A stretch of DNA of 37,954 bases from the NCBI GenBank assembly GCA_016779425.1, contig JADHNQ010000001.1, forward strand, positions 1 through 37,954, read 5' to 3'. The DNA comes from Pseudomonadales bacterium (lineage in GTDB: Bacteria > Pseudomonadota > Gammaproteobacteria > Pseudomonadales > Azotimanducaceae). The notes under the pieces are model-generated. The model was not told the origin of the DNA. It did not search any database and was given only the letters and a program-made list of their open reading frames with translations. The position numbers were made by a program, and so were the translations under genes. Of the stretch, positions 9,392-18,359 are shown piece after piece; within the stretch, counting starts at the first letter, position 1; every line of letters begins with the position of its first letter.

Positions 9392-9949
9392 ATGATTGAC
9401 GAATTTTTACAGGACGCCGACGAGCGGATGGGTAAAACCCTCGACGCGCTGGCGAATACCTTTGGAAAAATAAGAACAGGCCGTGCGAATCCGTCACTGC
9501 TAGACGGTATTACCGTCGACTACTATGGTGTGGCGACTCCGCTCAACCAAGTGGCTTCAATATCGGTGGAGGATGCGCGTACCTTGCTCCTAGCCCCCTG
9601 GGAGCGACCCTTAGTGGTGGAAATTGAAAAGGCCATTCTTCGAAGTGATCTGGGTATAACGCCGGTTAATAATGGCGAGGTGGTGCGTATCCCATTGCCA
9701 CCCCTGACAGAGGAAAATCGCCGGGACTTGGCTAAGCAGGCAAAGGGTGAGGCCGAGAACAGTCGCGTCTCCATTCGCAACATTCGGCGCGATGCAATCG
9801 CCGACATCCGCGAATTGGTCAAGGAAAAGGAGGCGTCAGAAGACGATGCCCGTCGCGGCGAGGATCGCGTTCAAGAGCTAACCGACCGTCGTATCGCTCA
9901 GATTGACAGCGCCTTGGCTGCAAAAGAATCAGAATTGATGGAAATCTGA
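9392..9949 (+). CDS. frr: Ribosome recycling factor
   Basis: 185 aa; motifs IRTGRANPSLLD, YYG, PPLTEE.RR, RVSIRNIRRD, KESELM. Confidence 0.99.
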   Translation: MIDEFLQDADERMGKTLDALANTFGKIRTGRANPSLLDGITVDYYGVATPLNQVASISVEDARTLLLAPWERPLVVEIEKAILRSDLGITPVNNGEVVRIPLPPLTEENRRDLAKQAKGEAENSRVSIRNIRRDAIADIRELVKEKEASEDDARRGEDRVQELTDRRIAQIDSALAAKESELMEI

Positions 9950-9965
9950 GCGCCGACACCTGTTC

Positions 9966-10754
9966 ATGCAAGATTTATCGAAAGACCCCAGCCAACAATC
10001 CTTTGGCGGCAAAGAAACGCAAGAACAGTCGCTGACAAACGACGAGGTGGCTGACGCGAAGCCTGAGCATGTCGTGATCATCATGGACGGAAATCACCGC
10101 TGGGCGAGTGCGCGACATTTGCCGGGAGCGGCAGGGCACCGCGCAGGGGCCAAGCGCCTCAGGCCTATTGCCGAGGCATGCGCAGAATTAGGCGTCAAAC
10201 ATCTCACGGTATTCGCCTTCAGTACTGAAAATTGGTACCGACCCGATGCTGAAGTAGGCCTGCTGATGGATTTGATGCGTCATGTTATGCGCACAGAAAT
10301 CGACTACCTGCACGAGCAGGGCGTGCGCCTTCGGGTCATCGGGGAGCGGGAGCAATTTGCCGCAGATATTCAAGAAATGATGATCAGCTGTGAATCAAAG
10401 ACCGCCGAGAACACGCGGTTAAACCTCTCGGTTGCCGTTAATTTCGGTGGCCGTTGGGATATTGTTAATGCCGCCAGGACTCTGGCCCAACAGGTCGCTA
10501 ATGGAATCCTACTGCCTGAAGATGTGAACGAAAATGTGTTTGCCAGCGCCACGAGCCTGACGGATATACCCGAGCCAGACCTGATGATCCGCACTGGTGG
10601 TGATCATCGCATCAGTAATTTCCTGTTGTGGGATTTGGCCTACACCGAACTCTATTTCACCGATGTCTTCTGGCCAGATTTTGATGCGGCAGCGTTGCAG
10701 GAGGCAGTCGCAACCTATGCCCAGCGAAAGCGTCGCTTCGGTCGGCGTCAGTAG
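9966..10754 (+). CDS. uppS: Undecaprenyl diphosphate synthase
   Basis: Motifs IIMDGNHRWA, FAFSTENWYRP, NFGGRWDI, PDLMIRTGG..RISNFLLW, RKRRFG. Confidence 0.97.
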   Translation: MQDLSKDPSQQSFGGKETQEQSLTNDEVADAKPEHVVIIMDGNHRWASARHLPGAAGHRAGAKRLRPIAEACAELGVKHLTVFAFSTENWYRPDAEVGLLMDLMRHVMRTEIDYLHEQGVRLRVIGEREQFAADIQEMMISCESKTAENTRLNLSVAVNFGGRWDIVNAARTLAQQVANGILLPEDVNENVFASATSLTDIPEPDLMIRTGGDHRISNFLLWDLAYTELYFTDVFWPDFDAAALQEAVATYAQRKRRFGRRQ

Positions 10755-10755
10755 C

Positions 10756-11544
10756 ATGCTCCGCAACCGGGTCTACACGGCTTTGGCCCTTGCATCGGCG
10801 GCAGCCATAACGATATTTTGGTCGCCTCTGTGGCTGTTTGCTCTGGTCTTCGGCGTCGCTTGCTGCTTTGCGGCCTATGAATGGGCGGCCTTGGCGGGCT
10901 GGCGTACACCGCGCGAAAGACTTTTCTACGTGTTCAGCCTGGTGGCGCTGATGCTATTGTCCCTAACCCTGCAGACCTTATGGCTCAAAATCGTAACGTT
11001 GAGCTGCTTGGTCTGGCTTGGTGGTTTTGTCAGCATAATCGTGCATCCTCGAACATCGGCAATGTATCGAAGCCGTTGGTTTGTTGCTTCTCTTGGCTGG
11101 ATTCTGCTGTTGTGTGCCTGGTTTAGCTTGCTCACGCTGGTACAAGGCGACAACGGTAGGCTGTGGGTCTTTTGGCTGTTTCTCCTGACGACGGCAACCG
11201 ATGTTGGTGCCTTTTTTCTCGGTCGAGCATTCGGGCAACATGCCCTTGCGCCGCAAATCAGTCCAGGCAAGACAAGAGAGGGTGCTGGCGGTGGACTCGT
11301 GCTGGCCTTGGTCGTCTGTGTGCCACTGTTATTTTTGAGTGGGGCACTGGATTTTTATGCCTCTATAGGCCTCACCATCGTGATGAGCATTGTCTCCATT
11401 TTCGGTGATCTCTTTGAAAGTTTGTTGAAACGTGTCTCGGGAATAAAGGATTCTGGTGCCCTGCTGCCAGGACATGGTGGCCTGTTAGATCGAATCGATT
11501 CGATTATCGCGGTGGTACCCTTTTTGGCATGGAGTGTTGCGTGA
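10756..11544 (+). CDS. cdsA: Phosphatidate cytidylyltransferase
   Basis: Start moved to ATG 10756 (MLRNRV) just after the uppS stop; hydrophobic; motifs ISPGKT.EG, GDLFESLLKR, KDSGALLPGHGGLLDRIDS. Confidence 0.96.
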   Translation: MLRNRVYTALALASAAAITIFWSPLWLFALVFGVACCFAAYEWAALAGWRTPRERLFYVFSLVALMLLSLTLQTLWLKIVTLSCLVWLGGFVSIIVHPRTSAMYRSRWFVASLGWILLLCAWFSLLTLVQGDNGRLWVFWLFLLTTATDVGAFFLGRAFGQHALAPQISPGKTREGAGGGLVLALVVCVPLLFLSGALDFYASIGLTIVMSIVSIFGDLFESLLKRVSGIKDSGALLPGHGGLLDRIDSIIAVVPFLAWSVA

Positions 11545-12887
11545 TGGAGATTTTGCAGTATCCGCTGGCTTTTTTACTGCTGTTAGGCGTTATCGTCGTG
11601 TTTCACGAATTTGGGCACTTCATCGTCGCCAGGCGCTCCGGGGTGCATGTTGTGAGGTTTTCTGTAGGGTTCGGCAAACCCTTGCTGCGATGGTCAGATA
11701 AATACGGAACAGAGTTTGTGCTGGCTGCAATCCCGTTCGGTGGCTACGTGCAAATGTATGACGATCGCGATCCCGTCATCAACGCAGTCGACGATAATTC
11801 GATTCCAAAGGACGCTGTTGGCTACACTGGCTTATCGCCACTGTGGCGCATCGCAATATCCCTGGCGGGCCCCGCCGCGAACTTTCTGCTCGCCATAGCG
11901 ATTTATGCGCTGCTGTTTATGGTCGGAACGCTTCAATTCACGCCGACATTTGATGGTGCAAAGGCCGACACAGCGCTAGCTAATGCTGGAGGCGACAGGC
12001 CATTTGAGGTGCTCAGTGTCGACGGCGAGCCTGTACAAAATTATCAGGACGTTGCCATGGGGCTTGGCGATCGTTTGGGCGAGAGCGGCGAGATTATGCT
12101 TGGAGTCCTCGATCTGGAAAGCAGTCAGCGTCGCGAAATCCAGCTACCCATCGAACGCTGGCACGAAGGCGTCGGTGAGCCTGATCTCTTCGGCTCTCTG
12201 GATTTGCGGCCGGTGCGCCTGAGTATAGTGGGGCAAGTTGTTGAGGGGTCTGCAGCCCAGCGCGCGGGCCTACAAACTGGAGACTGGATTGTTGCCGTTG
12301 ATGGTCAGCGTGTAAGCCGTTGGTCTGAGTGGGTTGATCATATTGTCGACTCGCCTGGTCGCGCCATGGTGTTTGAAGTGCTCAGGGAGGGGCGGCGCAT
12401 CTATCTGACGGCGGTAGCGGACCGAGTCACTACAGAGGACGGTGTTGAGATTGGCCGGCTAGGTGTTGCCCCGGTCAAGGAAAAGGTCCAGTACGGGCCA
12501 TTCGATGCCCTCGCGCTCGGCGCGTCAAAAACCTGGGACATGACCGTCATGACGCTGGCCATGATGAAAAAAATGATCGTGGGCAGTGTCTCGGCAGAAA
12601 ACCTTGTTGGCCCTGTGGGGATCGTAAAAATCGCCGGTGATTCCGCCCGGGTAGGGTGGTATTTTTTCCTCAATATCATGGCCCTCATGAGCGTATCTTT
12701 GGGCGTTCTTAACCTACTGCCCATTCCGATGCTTGATGGTGGGCACGTCGTTTTTACCAGCATAGAAATGCTGCGAGGAAAACCAATCCCTGAACGCCTG
12801 CAGATGACGGTGATGCAGATTGGTATCGTGATGCTTGGGGCCATGATGATTTTTGTAACCTACAACGATTTGACTCGACTGTTGTAG
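11544..12887 (+). CDS. rseP: Intramembrane zinc metalloprotease RseP (M50, PDZ domains)
   Basis: ATG overlaps the cdsA TGA (TGATG); motifs HEFGH, RFSVGFG, GGYV, AGPAAN, NLLPIPMLDGGH. Confidence 0.96.
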   Translation: MEILQYPLAFLLLLGVIVVFHEFGHFIVARRSGVHVVRFSVGFGKPLLRWSDKYGTEFVLAAIPFGGYVQMYDDRDPVINAVDDNSIPKDAVGYTGLSPLWRIAISLAGPAANFLLAIAIYALLFMVGTLQFTPTFDGAKADTALANAGGDRPFEVLSVDGEPVQNYQDVAMGLGDRLGESGEIMLGVLDLESSQRREIQLPIERWHEGVGEPDLFGSLDLRPVRLSIVGQVVEGSAAQRAGLQTGDWIVAVDGQRVSRWSEWVDHIVDSPGRAMVFEVLREGRRIYLTAVADRVTTEDGVEIGRLGVAPVKEKVQYGPFDALALGASKTWDMTVMTLAMMKKMIVGSVSAENLVGPVGIVKIAGDSARVGWYFFLNIMALMSVSLGVLNLLPIPMLDGGHVVFTSIEMLRGKPIPERLQMTVMQIGIVMLGAMMIFVTYNDLTRLL

Positions 12888-13010
12888 AGCGCACGTTTAC
12901 CCTTGCGACCTCTCATGTCGGACTATTGCTGAATCTTGCAAATAGCGAACCTAGCACGACCAGCGCCGAGGGGGCCTGGGTTGGATGGTATGACTAATTT
13001 GGAACGTTAT

Positions 13011-15440
13011 ATGCGATCGCACTTCTTGAAGATTCTCGCCAATGCAGCGTTATGCTGCGGCCTTGCGGTCGTCCTGGGTGCTGGGTTTCTATCAGCAAAT
13101 GCCCAAGCTGCTGTGCAGTCGTACAATCTCAACCAGGGAAACGAATTCGTCGTCGCCGACGTTCGTCTGCAAGGGTTGCAGCGTGTTTCTGCTGGAACCG
13201 TCTTTAACATCATTCCAATTGGCGTTGGTGACCGCGTCGATAATGTGGCGGTCAGGGCGATAACCCGTGCTCTGTTTGCCTCGGGCTACTTCAATGACAT
13301 TAAAATTGCCCGCGACGACGCCGTTTTGATTGTTACCCTGACCGAGCGACCGGCAATTGAATCAATTGAGTTGGACGGTAACAAAGCCATAGAGTCTGAT
13401 GCGCTTTTGGAGGGGCTTGCGGACCAGGGGCTTCAGGAAGGGGAGATTTTTAAACAGGCAACCCTTGAGCGAATGGGCCTTGAACTGGAGCGACAATACG
13501 TTGCCCAAGGCCGGTATGGCGCTTCGATCGACACTGAAATCGAAGATCTGCCGCGTAACCGCGTCAACATTAAAATTGACATCGAAGAAGGTAAGAGCTC
13601 TGGAATCCGGCATATAAACTTCGTTGGCAATAGGGCATTCACCGAAGTTGAGCTTTTGGATTCCCTTGAACTCAAACATCCGTCACTTTTGTCTTTTTAC
13701 CGCAACGACGATAAGTACGCCCGGGAAAAACTCTCTGGTGACCTAGAGACCATCGAGGCCTTTTATAAAGACCGCGGTTACGCTGACTTTAAACTCACCT
13801 CGACCCAGGTCAGCATCACGCCGGATCGAGAGCAGGTTTATATTACGCTGGCCCTCGACGAAGGCGATGTATTCACGATCAACGAAGTTAACCTGGTGGG
13901 CGAACTTGGCGATGTGCGTGCGGAAGACCTGCAACGTCTTATCATCGTTGAAAAAGGGCAGACTTTTTCCCAGGCCCTTATCACCGCCACAGAAGAGCGT
14001 CTCACCGGAGCGCTGGGTAATGGCGGATTCACCTTTGCGACAGCCAGCGGGGTACCGAAACTCAATGACGACGACACCGTAGATATTGAGTTTTTCGTTG
14101 ATGCGGGCAAGCGCGCCTACGTTCGACGCATCTCGTTTACAGGTAACGCGCTCACTCAAGACGAGGTCATGCGTCGTGAAGTGCGCCAAATGGAGGCAGG
14201 TTGGGCCTCGACGGCACAGATTGATCTTTCGAAGGTTCGCCTAGAGCGACTGGGCTATTTTAAGGGTGTGGAAGTAGAAACGCCGCAAGTGCCCGGTACC
14301 GATGACCAAATTGATGTGGAATTTGCAGTCGAAGAACAGCCCTCGGGGGCGATTTCTGGAACGTTGGCGTACTCTCAAGGTTATGGCTTGATCATGGGAG
14401 CCAACTATCAACAATCCAATCTGCAGGGAAGCGGTAATTCGCTTTCGGTGGGTCTGAGTTATTCGCAGTTCCAGCAGTCAGTTAATTTTAACTACTACGA
14501 CCCGTATTTTACGCTCGACGGCATTAGCCGTGGCTATAACGTATTTTTCCGACGGCTTGACTATGACGCACGCAACATCGCTCGTTACAGCACGGATTCA
14601 GCTGGTGGTGGTGTGACCTTTGGATTCCCAATCGGAGAGACCCAACGAATCAATTTTGGTTTGAATATAGAGCATACGGAGATTCGCGAGGGATTCGCCG
14701 CAGCTCAAGAAATCTCAGAGTTCATTGATCGCAACGGACCTGATGCATTGAACTTCAAGGCTAACCTGTCATGGATTCGCTCTACCTTGAATCGCGGGGT
14801 TTTCGCAGATCGCGGTTCCTCGCAGTCCATAGGGGCGACAATTTCGGCCCCAGGCAGTGACCTCGAGTTTTATCGCCTTACGTATCAGGGCGAGAAGTAC
14901 TTTCCTTTGACTAATGTATTTACGCTGAAACTCCGCACAGAACTCGGTTTCGGCGGCAGCTATAGCGACACACCATCTTTGCCATTCTATGAACACTTTT
15001 TTGCCGGTGGTTTTGGTTCGATTCGTGGGTTCGAAAACTCGACGCTGGGACCACGCAGCACACCGCCCCTCGACGCCGACGGCAATCCCATCATTTTTAA
15101 CTCGTTTGGCAACGATGGAAGATATGGTCAGCCCTTTGGCGGAAATTTGTTGCTGGAGTTTTCTGCAGAGGTAATCTTCCCCTTACCCTTTGTTGAAGAT
15201 AACCGACAATTTCGACCTGCCTTTTTCTTCGATGCCGGTAACGTATTTAATACGGAGTGTCCTGCAGTCAGCACAAATTGCTTCGATTTCGATACAGACG
15301 AGTTACGCTATGCCGCTGGTTTTGGTTTGAGCTGGTTAAGTGGATTTGGTCCTTTGACCTTTGCGATCTCTAAGCCGATCAATACGAAATTCTTCGACGA
15401 GGAAGAAAGCTTCCAGTTCGAACTGGGTAAGACATTCTAA
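13011..15440 (+). CDS. bamA: Outer membrane protein assembly factor BamA
   Basis: Signal peptide, POTRA repeats (GLQRVS, VMRREVRQME), IRGF loop-6 motif, C-terminal FQFELGKTF. Start is uncertain (ATG 12990 or 13011; the track's TTG at 12936 is less likely). Confidence 0.96.
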   Translation: MRSHFLKILANAALCCGLAVVLGAGFLSANAQAAVQSYNLNQGNEFVVADVRLQGLQRVSAGTVFNIIPIGVGDRVDNVAVRAITRALFASGYFNDIKIARDDAVLIVTLTERPAIESIELDGNKAIESDALLEGLADQGLQEGEIFKQATLERMGLELERQYVAQGRYGASIDTEIEDLPRNRVNIKIDIEEGKSSGIRHINFVGNRAFTEVELLDSLELKHPSLLSFYRNDDKYAREKLSGDLETIEAFYKDRGYADFKLTSTQVSITPDREQVYITLALDEGDVFTINEVNLVGELGDVRAEDLQRLIIVEKGQTFSQALITATEERLTGALGNGGFTFATASGVPKLNDDDTVDIEFFVDAGKRAYVRRISFTGNALTQDEVMRREVRQMEAGWASTAQIDLSKVRLERLGYFKGVEVETPQVPGTDDQIDVEFAVEEQPSGAISGTLAYSQGYGLIMGANYQQSNLQGSGNSLSVGLSYSQFQQSVNFNYYDPYFTLDGISRGYNVFFRRLDYDARNIARYSTDSAGGGVTFGFPIGETQRINFGLNIEHTEIREGFAAAQEISEFIDRNGPDALNFKANLSWIRSTLNRGVFADRGSSQSIGATISAPGSDLEFYRLTYQGEKYFPLTNVFTLKLRTELGFGGSYSDTPSLPFYEHFFAGGFGSIRGFENSTLGPRSTPPLDADGNPIIFNSFGNDGRYGQPFGGNLLLEFSAEVIFPLPFVEDNRQFRPAFFFDAGNVFNTECPAVSTNCFDFDTDELRYAAGFGLSWLSGFGPLTFAISKPINTKFFDEEESFQFELGKTF

Positions 15441-15522
15441 GAACGCTGTCGGTTAGAAGTCGCAGCGAAGTAGGATAGAATAACGCGGTTAGCTGGCCGG
15501 ACATTAACTTCAGGAGACACGC

Positions 15523-16032
15523 ATGTTTAACAAACTTCTTGGCACCCTTACAGTGGTACTTTTGATGGCTTCCTCTGCTGTTAGCGCAGAGATGAAAATC
15601 GTGGTCCTAGACCCGGTGCGGGCGATTTTGGAGAGTGATGAGGCCAAGGTTCTGATTGAAGCAGCCAACAAAGAAATGGAGCCCGAGTTGGACGAGCTTC
15701 GCGTGGCGGCTGAAGAGTTTCAAACTCTGCAGGCAAAGCTGCAAAAAGACGGTGAGGTTATGAGCGAGTCCGAGCGGCGTAAGGCAATCAAAGATCTGGA
15801 AGACATGCAGACCGACCTGCAGTTTGGAAACCAAAAACTGCAAAAGCAAACCCAAGACAAGCGCCAGGAAATAATTCAGGCCATGGCGCCAAAGTACGAA
15901 AAAGTGCTGAATGACTTGATTCAAATCGACCAGATCGACCTAATTTTGTCGCCCAACCAGATTCAGTACACGAATGCCAAACATGATATTTCTCGCCGTG
16001 TTACTGAGAAGTTAAACGAAGCATCCGAATAA
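15523..16032 (+). CDS. skp: Periplasmic chaperone Skp/OmpH
   Basis: Signal peptide, KIVVLD beta-strand, long coiled coil, DISRRV end; SD CAGGAG; position between bamA and lpxD. Confidence 0.92.
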   Translation: MFNKLLGTLTVVLLMASSAVSAEMKIVVLDPVRAILESDEAKVLIEAANKEMEPELDELRVAAEEFQTLQAKLQKDGEVMSESERRKAIKDLEDMQTDLQFGNQKLQKQTQDKRQEIIQAMAPKYEKVLNDLIQIDQIDLILSPNQIQYTNAKHDISRRVTEKLNEASE

Positions 16033-16050
16033 TTTCGGATCGTCTTTTTC
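16023..16050 (+). terminator. Possible weak intrinsic terminator or mRNA-stabilising hairpin after skp
   Basis: ATCCGAA-TAAT-TTCGGAT 7-bp stem overlapping the skp stop, followed by CGTCTTTTTC. The U-tract is displaced by 4 nt. Confidence 0.4.
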
Positions 16051-16057
16051 TCTCGAC

Positions 16058-17128
16058 GTGTCCGAGAATAAAAAGTCATTCACGCTGGCGCATATCGCCG
16101 AGCATATTGGGGCCGACATTGTCGGCCCTTTTGCTTCAAGCGTTACTGATGAGGAAAACGTCAGCCTAATTGTCGTCAACGGGTTAGGCAGCCTTGGTAC
16201 AGCGGCAAAGGGCGAGCTGAGCCATTTGTCCGGCGCTAGCTACCGGCCAATGCTCCCCACCACTCAAGCATCAGCAGTGATTCTAAGTCGGGAGGATGCG
16301 CCCAATTGTCCGGTGCCTTGTCTAATCGCGGCCAGACCCTATCTTGCCTTCGCTCGCGTATCGCAACTGTTTGAGGATCTGGATCGGTTTAAGCCGGGGA
16401 TACACCCCAGTGCGGTGATCGCCAGTGATGCCATTGTCGATGATCTCGCCCACGTCGGCGCTCATGTGGTTATTGAGTCCGGTGTACAAGTGGCTGCGCA
16501 CACGATTATTCAATCCAATTGCTCGATTGGCCAAGATTCCGTTATTGGCTTGGGCTGTCGTATTTTTCCCAACGTCTCGATTTATCCGAACGTACGGCTG
16601 GGTCAGGGTTGCACAGTCCATTCTGGGGCAGTGTTGGGTGCTGACGGTTTTGGTTTTACGCCGAACGAAAAAGGTCATTTTGAGGCTATTGCCCAGCTTG
16701 GCGGACTGCGCATTGGTGACAATGTCTCTATTGGTGCTGGCACTATGATCGACTGCGGGGCCATCGATGACACCGTTATCGGCACCGGTGTAAAAATCGA
16801 CAACCTAGTGCAGATAGGACACAACTGCAGAATTGGTGATCATAGCCTGATTTGTGGTTCGGTTGGTCTCGCAGGCAGTACCGAGATCGGCAGTCACTGT
16901 GTGTTGGCGGGTGGTAGCGGGGTTGGCGGCAAGCATCCGGTCAAGATTTGCGACCAGGTAGTGATAAGCGTCAAAACTACGGTGACTCAATCGATCGACA
17001 AGCCCGGTGTGTACTCAGGTTCGACGATCGCGACGGATCATGCGACTTGGTTACGTAACGCCACCCGATTCACCGCCTTGAGCGAATTGTTCAGGCGCGT
17101 TAAAAAACTGGAAGGGAACACACCATGA
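16058..17128 (+). CDS. lpxD: UDP-3-O-acyl-glucosamine N-acyltransferase
   Basis: GTG start; PYLAFA, hexapeptide repeats, GADGFGF, catalytic KIDNLVQIGHN. Confidence 0.95.
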   Translation: MSENKKSFTLAHIAEHIGADIVGPFASSVTDEENVSLIVVNGLGSLGTAAKGELSHLSGASYRPMLPTTQASAVILSREDAPNCPVPCLIAARPYLAFARVSQLFEDLDRFKPGIHPSAVIASDAIVDDLAHVGAHVVIESGVQVAAHTIIQSNCSIGQDSVIGLGCRIFPNVSIYPNVRLGQGCTVHSGAVLGADGFGFTPNEKGHFEAIAQLGGLRIGDNVSIGAGTMIDCGAIDDTVIGTGVKIDNLVQIGHNCRIGDHSLICGSVGLAGSTEIGSHCVLAGGSGVGGKHPVKICDQVVISVKTTVTQSIDKPGVYSGSTIATDHATWLRNATRFTALSELFRRVKKLEGNTP

Positions 17129-17571
17129 GCGATGTGAAGACGATTACTGAATTGTTCGAGTATCTACCCCACCGCTACCCGTTTTTGCTCATAGATCGCG
17201 TCACAGAAACCCACGTAGGGGAGCGCATCAAGGGCTACAAGAATATTACGGCCAACGAGGAATTGTTTAACGGTCACTTCCCTGGGCAACCCATATTCCC
17301 CGGTGTCTTGATCCTAGAGGCTATGGCCCAGCTATCCGGCGTGTTGGCCTTTGAAACCAAGGGAGTTCGACCCGCAGACGGCACTAATTATTTGTTTGGC
17401 GGTGTCGAAAAAGCACGCTTTCGCCGACAAGTCATACCCGGCGATCGATTGGATTTAGAAAGCTCTATCGTTGCAGAGCGCAAGATCATGATGAAATTTG
17501 AATGCGCGGCCTATGTTGATGGTGAGATCGCGTGCTCAGCCGTGCTGACCGTGGTGGAGCAATCAGCATGA
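17125..17571 (+). CDS. fabZ: 3-hydroxyacyl-ACP dehydratase
   Basis: Motifs LPHRYPFLLID, FNGHFP, PGVLILEAMAQ, FRRQVIPGD; ATGA overlap with lpxD. Confidence 0.97.
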   Translation: MSDVKTITELFEYLPHRYPFLLIDRVTETHVGERIKGYKNITANEELFNGHFPGQPIFPGVLILEAMAQLSGVLAFETKGVRPADGTNYLFGGVEKARFRRQVIPGDRLDLESSIVAERKIMMKFECAAYVDGEIACSAVLTVVEQSA

Positions 17572-18359
17572 TTCATCCCACAGCCATCATCGATGCCGAT
17601 GCCGTGCTTGGAGAGAACGTCGAAGTCGGTCCCTATTGCGTTGTCGGGCCAGGAGTAGTGCTCGGCGATGATGTGGTCCTGAAATCCCATGTGGTGGTCA
17701 GAGGCCCGAGTAAAATTGGCCGCGGCGTTCAGATATACCAGTTCGCCACAGTGGGTGAAGATACGCCGGCCCTCGCCTATGAGGGTGAGGACTCGGTACT
17801 AGAGGTCGGTGAGGGCACCATTATTCGCGAAGGCGTTACCATTCACCGCGGCATGGCAAACCGAGGCATCCAGAAAACCATCATCGGCTCCAACTGCCTG
17901 TTGATGGCCTATGTGCATGTCGGTCACGACTGCATAGTCGGCAACAATGTGATCATGGCGAACAACGCGTCACTGTCCGGTCATGTGGAAGTTGGCGATT
18001 TTGCAAACTTCGGGGGCTATTCTGGGGTTCCCCAGTTTCGCAAAATCGGTGCATGTGCACATATTGCCGGCATGAGTCTCGTGACAAAGGACGTACCCGC
18101 CTACATGACAGTGGCCGGTAACCCAGCTTGGGCCGTTGGGTTGAATTTAGAGGGTATCAAGCGTCGGGGCGTTGGCAGCGAGGGTCGCCAGGCGCTCAAG
18201 CAGGCTCATAAGCTGGTCTATCGGAGCGGCCTGCGAGTGGTTGAGGCCATTGCACAAATGAACGAGCTTCGTGCCGAGCATCCAGAAGTCGACGTGTTTG
18301 CCCAGTCTATTGAGGCCTCTGATAAGGGCATCATTCGCGGCAGCGGACGTGGTGACTGA
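17568..18359 (+). CDS. lpxA: UDP-N-acetylglucosamine O-acyltransferase (divergent substrate-binding residues)
   Basis: Start moved to ATG 17568 (ATGA overlap with fabZ; MIHPTAII); motifs IREGVTIHRG, catalytic HVGHDC, GHV, KDVPAY, GLNLEGIKRRG. Confidence 0.95.
   Translation: MIHPTAIIDADAVLGENVEVGPYCVVGPGVVLGDDVVLKSHVVVRGPSKIGRGVQIYQFATVGEDTPALAYEGEDSVLEVGEGTIIREGVTIHRGMANRGIQKTIIGSNCLLMAYVHVGHDCIVGNNVIMANNASLSGHVEVGDFANFGGYSGVPQFRKIGACAHIAGMSLVTKDVPAYMTVAGNPAWAVGLNLEGIKRRGVGSEGRQALKQAHKLVYRSGLRVVEAIAQMNELRAEHPEVDVFAQSIEASDKGIIRGSGRGD

Noticed and set aside
10597-10755. N-terminal extensions given by the ORF track for cdsA (also lpxA, lpxB, tilS, pyrG, ftsB)
   Set aside because: They are artefacts of taking the most upstream start; homology begins at downstream starts that mostly abut or overlap the previous stop.
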